DNA of 64,000 nucleotides from an uncultured Clostridium sp. (GTDB lineage Bacteria; Bacillota_I; Bacilli_A; RF39; UBA660): NCBI GenBank assembly GCA_905199855.1, contig CAJKHY010000001.1, positions 21,748 to 85,747 of the forward strand, read 5' to 3'. Shown piece by piece: positions 59,004 to 64,000 of this stretch (position 1 is its first letter; each line of letters starts with the position of its first letter). The notes under the pieces were generated by a model. It saw only the letters and a program-made list of their open reading frames with translations, ran no database searches and was not told where the DNA came from. The position numbers and the translations under genes were made by a program.

Positions 59004-62000
59004 GTGCTTATAACTCTAATTAAAAATGATTTGCTTATTAATTTTACTTTGCCATCAAAAGTTACTGGTAGTTATTTTATAACTGATAAAGTAAGTGGAG
59101 AAGAAAGAAATTTAATAAGTGTCGAAGGTATTGATGATAAATGGATTTTAAAAAGTAATTTTGATGTTAAAATATTAAATGGCAATAATATAGTTGATTT
59201 TATTGTTTTGAACAAAGATAATTTTTATACTATTAAGGTAAATGGTGAAAAATATAACTATCTTTTATATTGTACTGAGGTTTGTGACAATACTTATGTT
59301 AATTACATGGTAAATACTAATGAAATTACTATAGGAAATACTATAAATGATGTAATTAATTATAATTGTAATATTATTAGTGCTAATTATGCTAAAATCA
59401 AACAGGAGAATAATGTTTTTACTATTGAATCTACTAATCAAAATAATTTAATTTTTGTTAATGGAAAAAGAATACAAAACATGATGCTTACTACAGGTGA
59501 TTTAGTGTTTATTATGGGATTGAAGATATTGATAATAGGTAACAGTTTATTCATTAATAATCCTGCAAGCAAAATAAATATAAATCAGAATTGTTTTACA
59601 CCTTGTCATATTAATCAAAATTCTTACCTAGGAAAAAAAGAAACAGGAGATGAAGAAGAAATTTTATTATATGATGAGCAAGACTATTTTTATAGAGCAC
59701 CTAGATTTGTTACTTCGATTGAAAAAGAGAATATTTCTTTTGATTCTCCGCCTGAGGGTGAATCACAAAAAGAAAGACCAATCATATATACAGTGGGGCC
59801 TATGCTTACTATGGCTATGTCATCTTGTATTTATGGTGTTATGGCTTTAGGTAATGTCTTAACGAAAAAAAACACCATAAGTGAATCATTTCCAACATTA
59901 CTTATTTCATTTGGAATGCTTATGAGCGTTTTTCTATGGCCAAGTTTAATGAGAAGATATGAAAAGAAAGAAAAAAAAGCAAGAGAAAAACTAAGACAGG
60001 AAAAATATCGAGAATATTTAAAAGATAAACAAACAAAAATAGAGACACTCAAGAAAAGACAAACTCAAATACTTTTAGAAAATAATTTAGGCTTAAAAGA
60101 ATGCCAAAATATTATCTTAATGAAAAAAAGAAATTTATGGGAGAGAAAAATAGAACATGATGACTTTTTATCACTTAGACTTGGCCTTGGTAATACTAGT
60201 CTCGCTGTAGAATTGAATGCACCAAGTGAACACTTTAGTTTGTCAACTGACGATTTAAAAGAAACTCTAGCAAAATTAGTAAGTGAATCACATGAAATTG
60301 AAAACGTTCCTATATGTTTATCCTTAACAACTAAAAATAATGTAGTAGTTGTTGGAAATGATATTTTAAGGAAAAGATTACTAGATAATTTGATTCTAGA
60401 ATTGATTGCTTTTCATAGTTATGAAGATGTAAAATTAGTTTTTATGATTGATAATGATGATTATGATTATTATAAAAAGTTTAAAATTCTTCCTTTTGTT
60501 TGGGATAATTTAAGAGAAATGAGATTTTTTGCTGAGAATTACGATGAAGCTAGTAAAATTTCTTTCTATTTAGAGCAAGTTTTCTCACACAGAAAATATA
60601 GCGATGCTGATAAAATGACTATTAGTGATATTACATACAAGGATGTTAGTCCATATTATGTGATTATTACTAATTCTATTAAGAAAATGCGGAATTTAGA
60701 AATAATAAATCAAGTATTAGCAGAAAAAAGAAATTTAGGTTTTAGCATAATAATCTTAAATGATGGATTATCTAATTTGCCAAATGAATGCTCTAATTTT
60801 ATAGTTTTGGATGAAAATAAAAGTGCAATTATAGAAAATGATTTAAACATTAATAAACAAAAAACTTTTATATTAGATAATAAAGAAAATATTGATATGT
60901 ATGACGTTTGCAAACATGTTGCTAATATACCAATAAAATTTTCTAAGCAAAATAGTATTTTAACTAATAGTATAGGTTTTTTAGAAATGTATAATGTTGG
61001 TAAAGTAGAACAATTAAATGCCATAAACAGATGGCATGATAGTAGTCCTATTCATAGTTTGTCATGTCCTATTGGGGTAACTAAAAATGAAGAATTATTA
61101 TACTTAGATTTACACGAAAAATTTCATGGACCTCATGGTTTAATCGCAGGAATGACTGGTAGTGGTAAGAGTGAATTAATTATTACTTTTATTCTTTCTA
61201 TGGCGGTTAATTATAGTCCATTAGAAGTTCAATTCGTATTGATTGATTATAAAGGTGGTGGTTTAGCAGGAGCTTTTGAAAATAAAGATACTGGTTATAA
61301 ATTACCCCACATTGTAGGGACATTAACAAACTTAGATACTACTGAATTAAAAAGATCCTTCGCTTCTATTCAAAGTGAATTAAGAAGAAGACAACAAATG
61401 TTTAACCAAGCAAAAGAAACCCTAGGCGAGAGTACCATTGATATTTATAAATATCAAAAAGCATATCGTGATGGTAAAATAGATATGCCAATTTCCCATT
61501 TGTTTATTATTTGTGATGAATTTGCTGAATTAAAAGTACAACAACCTGAGTTTATGGATCAATTAATTAGCATAGCCAGAATTGGTCGTAGCCTAGGAAT
61601 ACATCTAATTTTAGCAACACAAAAACCATCAGGAATTGTTGATGATCAAATATGGAGTAATAGCAGATTTAGAATATGTTTAAAAGTCCAAGAAAAAAGT
61701 GATAGTATGGATGTTATCAAAAGACCGGATGCGGTATCCTTAAAAAATGCAGGACGCTTTTACTTGCAAGTAGGTTACAATGACTTATTTGCCTTAGGAC
61801 AATCTGCTTGGTGCGGTGGTGGTTATTTTCCAACTGATAAATTAAAGAAAAAAATAGATAGAAGTTTATCATTTATTACTAACATTGGTAATATTATAAA
61901 AAGTGCAGATGATAGCAAAAAAAATGATATGATAGCCCAAGGAGAGGAATTGGGCAATATAGTTAGATATTTAAGTGATGTAGCACAGTCAGAAAATATT

Positions 62001-63599
62001 AAATTAGATAAGTTATGGCTTGATCGTATTCCTGATATTATTTATATTGGAGATTTAATTAAAAAATATAATTATGAAAGTTCACCATTTGAAATAGATC
62101 CTGTTATTGGCGAATATGATGATCCTGAAAATCAAAGACAAGGCTTATTAACAATAAATTTAACTGATGTAGGTAATACCTTAATATATGGTTATCCTGG
62201 TAGTGGTAAAGATTTGTTGCTTAGTACTATAATATATTCAACAATATTAGATCATACAGCTGACGAAGTAAATTTTTATATTTTAGATTTTGGAAGCGAA
62301 ACACTAAAAAGTTTTGCAGATGCCCCTCAAATAGGAGATATAATTTTAAAAGATGATAGAGAAAAAATAACTAACATATTTAAAAATTTAATGAAAGAAA
62401 TTGAGAAAAGAAAAGAATTATTTGCTAATTATAATGGTGATTATAAAAGATATTGTATGGGAAGTGGTAATGCACTACCTATGCTTGTTATAATTGTTAA
62501 TAATTATGAAGCTTTCAGTGAACTATATGATGAGTTTCAAGATACATTAATTACTTTAACTAGAGATGGGCAAAGATATGGCATTACATTTATTATTAGT
62601 ACTAGTGGTGTTAATTCAATAAGATATAAATTATCTCAAAATTTTAAAGAAACAATTGCACTTTCTTTAAATGATAAAGCTGATTATTTATCAGTTTTAG
62701 GTAATACTAATAATGTTTTTCCATCCAAATCATTTGGGCGTGGTATTATTAGGATAAATGATAAAGTATGTGAATTTCAAACGGCTTATCCATACGATTA
62801 TGACAATTTAAGTGATTATTTGAAAGTTATTTCACAAAAATTAATACAATTTAGTGATTCTAAAGCAAGTGAAGTTGCCATTTTACCAGACAGGGTAACA
62901 GAAAATTTATTAGAACCTTATTTTGGGAATTTATCCGCAGTTCCAATAGGCATATCAAAAAGCAGTTTAACACCATATTTATACAATTTTAAAGATAATT
63001 ATATGACCATAATTGGTTCAAGAAATATAGACATTAACTTTACATCGAGTCTTGTCAAGTCATTGACAAAGATTGACAATTTAGATATAATGACTATAGA
63101 TACAGATAGTATCTTAGATAGTAGTAGAATAAATAATGTGTTATATTGTAACAATAATTTAGATGAAGTTTCTTTAAAAGTAACTAGTTTAATTAATAAT
63201 TTGATGAAATATAAGGAAGCAGGACAAAGAGTAACAAAAGAATTTGTTTGTGTAATTATATCATTAGATGAATTTAGAAGCAAAATCACCATTGAAAATA
63301 AAAAAGCATTTGACAAAGCAATCATAGATGGTTTAGGTCTTGGTAATATTAGATTTATTATAATAGATACAATGATAAGATTAAAGAAAATGGAATACGA
63401 ATCATTCTATATGGAAACAGTAAATAAGAATAGTGGTATTTACTTAGGTGATGGAATAACTGACCAATTTGTAATAAAACTAAACAACACCAACAAAGAA
63501 ATGACAGAAAACATTGGAAATAACTTTGGATATGTTATTTTACAAGGAAAACCGACACTAATTAAGTTAATTAATTATGAGGAGGGTGATTATGAATAA
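59004..63599 (+). CDS. essC: T7SS FtsK/SpoIIIE-family ATPase EssC (YukB-like)
   Basis: 1531 aa with a GTG start after AAAGAGGTG. FHA-like N-terminal repeats, two TM helices (~residues 255-315), then three P-loop modules. D1 is canonical (GMTGSGKSE, Walker B ICDEF). D2 has GYPGSGKD. D3 is degenerate. Confidence 0.92.
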   Translation: MLITLIKNDLLINFTLPSKVTGSYFITDKVSGEERNLISVEGIDDKWILKSNFDVKILNGNNIVDFIVLNKDNFYTIKVNGEKYNYLLYCTEVCDNTYVNYMVNTNEITIGNTINDVINYNCNIISANYAKIKQENNVFTIESTNQNNLIFVNGKRIQNMMLTTGDLVFIMGLKILIIGNSLFINNPASKININQNCFTPCHINQNSYLGKKETGDEEEILLYDEQDYFYRAPRFVTSIEKENISFDSPPEGESQKERPIIYTVGPMLTMAMSSCIYGVMALGNVLTKKNTISESFPTLLISFGMLMSVFLWPSLMRRYEKKEKKAREKLRQEKYREYLKDKQTKIETLKKRQTQILLENNLGLKECQNIILMKKRNLWERKIEHDDFLSLRLGLGNTSLAVELNAPSEHFSLSTDDLKETLAKLVSESHEIENVPICLSLTTKNNVVVVGNDILRKRLLDNLILELIAFHSYEDVKLVFMIDNDDYDYYKKFKILPFVWDNLREMRFFAENYDEASKISFYLEQVFSHRKYSDADKMTISDITYKDVSPYYVIITNSIKKMRNLEIINQVLAEKRNLGFSIIILNDGLSNLPNECSNFIVLDENKSAIIENDLNINKQKTFILDNKENIDMYDVCKHVANIPIKFSKQNSILTNSIGFLEMYNVGKVEQLNAINRWHDSSPIHSLSCPIGVTKNEELLYLDLHEKFHGPHGLIAGMTGSGKSELIITFILSMAVNYSPLEVQFVLIDYKGGGLAGAFENKDTGYKLPHIVGTLTNLDTTELKRSFASIQSELRRRQQMFNQAKETLGESTIDIYKYQKAYRDGKIDMPISHLFIICDEFAELKVQQPEFMDQLISIARIGRSLGIHLILATQKPSGIVDDQIWSNSRFRICLKVQEKSDSMDVIKRPDAVSLKNAGRFYLQVGYNDLFALGQSAWCGGGYFPTDKLKKKIDRSLSFITNIGNIIKSADDSKKNDMIAQGEELGNIVRYLSDVAQSENIKLDKLWLDRIPDIIYIGDLIKKYNYESSPFEIDPVIGEYDDPENQRQGLLTINLTDVGNTLIYGYPGSGKDLLLSTIIYSTILDHTADEVNFYILDFGSETLKSFADAPQIGDIILKDDREKITNIFKNLMKEIEKRKELFANYNGDYKRYCMGSGNALPMLVIIVNNYEAFSELYDEFQDTLITLTRDGQRYGITFIISTSGVNSIRYKLSQNFKETIALSLNDKADYLSVLGNTNNVFPSKSFGRGIIRINDKVCEFQTAYPYDYDNLSDYLKVISQKLIQFSDSKASEVAILPDRVTENLLEPYFGNLSAVPIGISKSSLTPYLYNFKDNYMTIIGSRNIDINFTSSLVKSLTKIDNLDIMTIDTDSILDSSRINNVLYCNNNLDEVSLKVTSLINNLMKYKEAGQRVTKEFVCVIISLDEFRSKITIENKKAFDKAIIDGLGLGNIRFIIIDTMIRLKKMEYESFYMETVNKNSGIYLGDGITDQFVIKLNNTNKEMTENIGNNFGYVILQGKPTLIKLINYEEGDYE

Positions 63600-63849
63600 T
63601 AAAGTTGATGTTATTGTTTATGTTCCAAAAATAGAAAAAAAATATGAGATATTAATACCCATTGATAAAGATATTTATTCTGTAACAAAACTAATTGAAA
63701 AAAGCATCTTTGAATTTACAAACGGATCTTATTTAAATGCTTTTGGATATGGTAATTTAATTAACAAAAAAGATGGAAAAATCTATGACGTTAATTTAAT
63801 TATAAAAGAAACTGATATCCGTAATGGTACAGAACTTATTCTAATTTAA
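63592..63849 (+). CDS. esaB: Ubiquitin-like T7SS protein (YukD/EsaB family)
   Basis: 85 aa. The beta-grasp-like pattern VDVIVYVP..KYEILIP......L...I......NLINKKDGKIYD.N..I.ETDIRNGTELILI is typical of YukD/EsaB. The ATG overlaps the essC stop. Confidence 0.7.
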   Translation: MNNKVDVIVYVPKIEKKYEILIPIDKDIYSVTKLIEKSIFEFTNGSYLNAFGYGNLINKKDGKIYDVNLIIKETDIRNGTELILI

Positions 63850-63864
63850 TTAAGGAGGCAAGTC

Positions 63865-64000
63865 ATGAATATTCAAGCTAATATTGAAAATCTAAGTATT
63901 CGTGGTAAAGAAGTTCAATCTTTAGCCCAAGATTATCAAAATGAAGTAACAAAAATATACTCAAACATTGAAAATCTAAGAAATGCTTGGAGTGGACAAG
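63865..64000 (+). CDS. Second WXG100-family protein (5' part, runs off the window)
   Basis: Own translation: MNIQANIENLSIRGKEVQSLAQDYQNEVTKIYSNIENLRNAWSGQ, with W-S-G at the expected hairpin position. SD AAGGAGG. Confidence 0.7.
   Translation, partial: MNIQANIENLSIRGKEVQSLAQDYQNEVTKIYSNIENLRNAWSGQ

Overview
Very AT-rich chromosomal segment from an endospore-forming Bacillota (Firmicutes) genome. No composition statistics, similarity searches or RNA folding were run. All calls come from reading the sequence and the ORF track.

Gene content and order point to Bacilli or Erysipelotrichia-like ancestry. The evidence is ylbD-ylbE-ylbF-rsmD, mrnC-rlmB-sigH, hrcA-grpE-dnaK..dnaJ, spo0A, a sigG-like sigma, spoIIM, gerQ and comEA-comEC. 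This is inference only.

About 60 protein genes are present, mostly housekeeping and mostly on the + strand. From left to right:
- partial sortase B
- trmB, murD, ylb cluster, rsmD, mrnC, rlmB, sigH
- uvrA
- a tandem array of three RpoD-like sigma genes, the third a pseudogene
- an orphan multi-TM histidine kinase
- metallophosphoesterase and CPBP protease (- strand)
- spoIIM, psd, class-3 fbp
- the dnaK operon, with pepF between dnaK and dnaJ
- sigG-like sigma, ylmC, an orphan prepilin-like gene, ung
- lemA and gerQ (- strand)
- NERD protein, pduL, cysteine desulfurase, thiol-redox genes, an LtaS-family protein
- tRNA-Ser(GCU) and tRNA-Thr(CGU)
- pgk and tpiA, separated by two membrane-lipid genes
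- spo0A, comEA, comEC
- a duplicated and decayed comEC-3'/DUF1016 block
- lepA, an RNB-domain RNase, ruvB
- at the right edge, a type VIIb secretion locus (WXG100 genes, EssC, YukD-like)

I recognised no rRNA, CRISPR array, transposase or integrase.

I did not find a convincing new multi-gene protein system. The most unusual signals are non-coding or structural:
1. A dispersed REP-like ~22-nt intergenic repeat sitting next to terminators.
2. A paralogous promoter plus conserved double-hairpin module, present twice (candidate sRNA family).
3. A displaced second copy of the comEC 3' end with its linked PDDEXK-nuclease gene.
4. A sigma-factor array at different stages of decay.
5. 0A-box-like and a shared 17-nt operator-like motif at selected promoters.
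6. An odd Ser/Gly-rich putative T7SS substrate.
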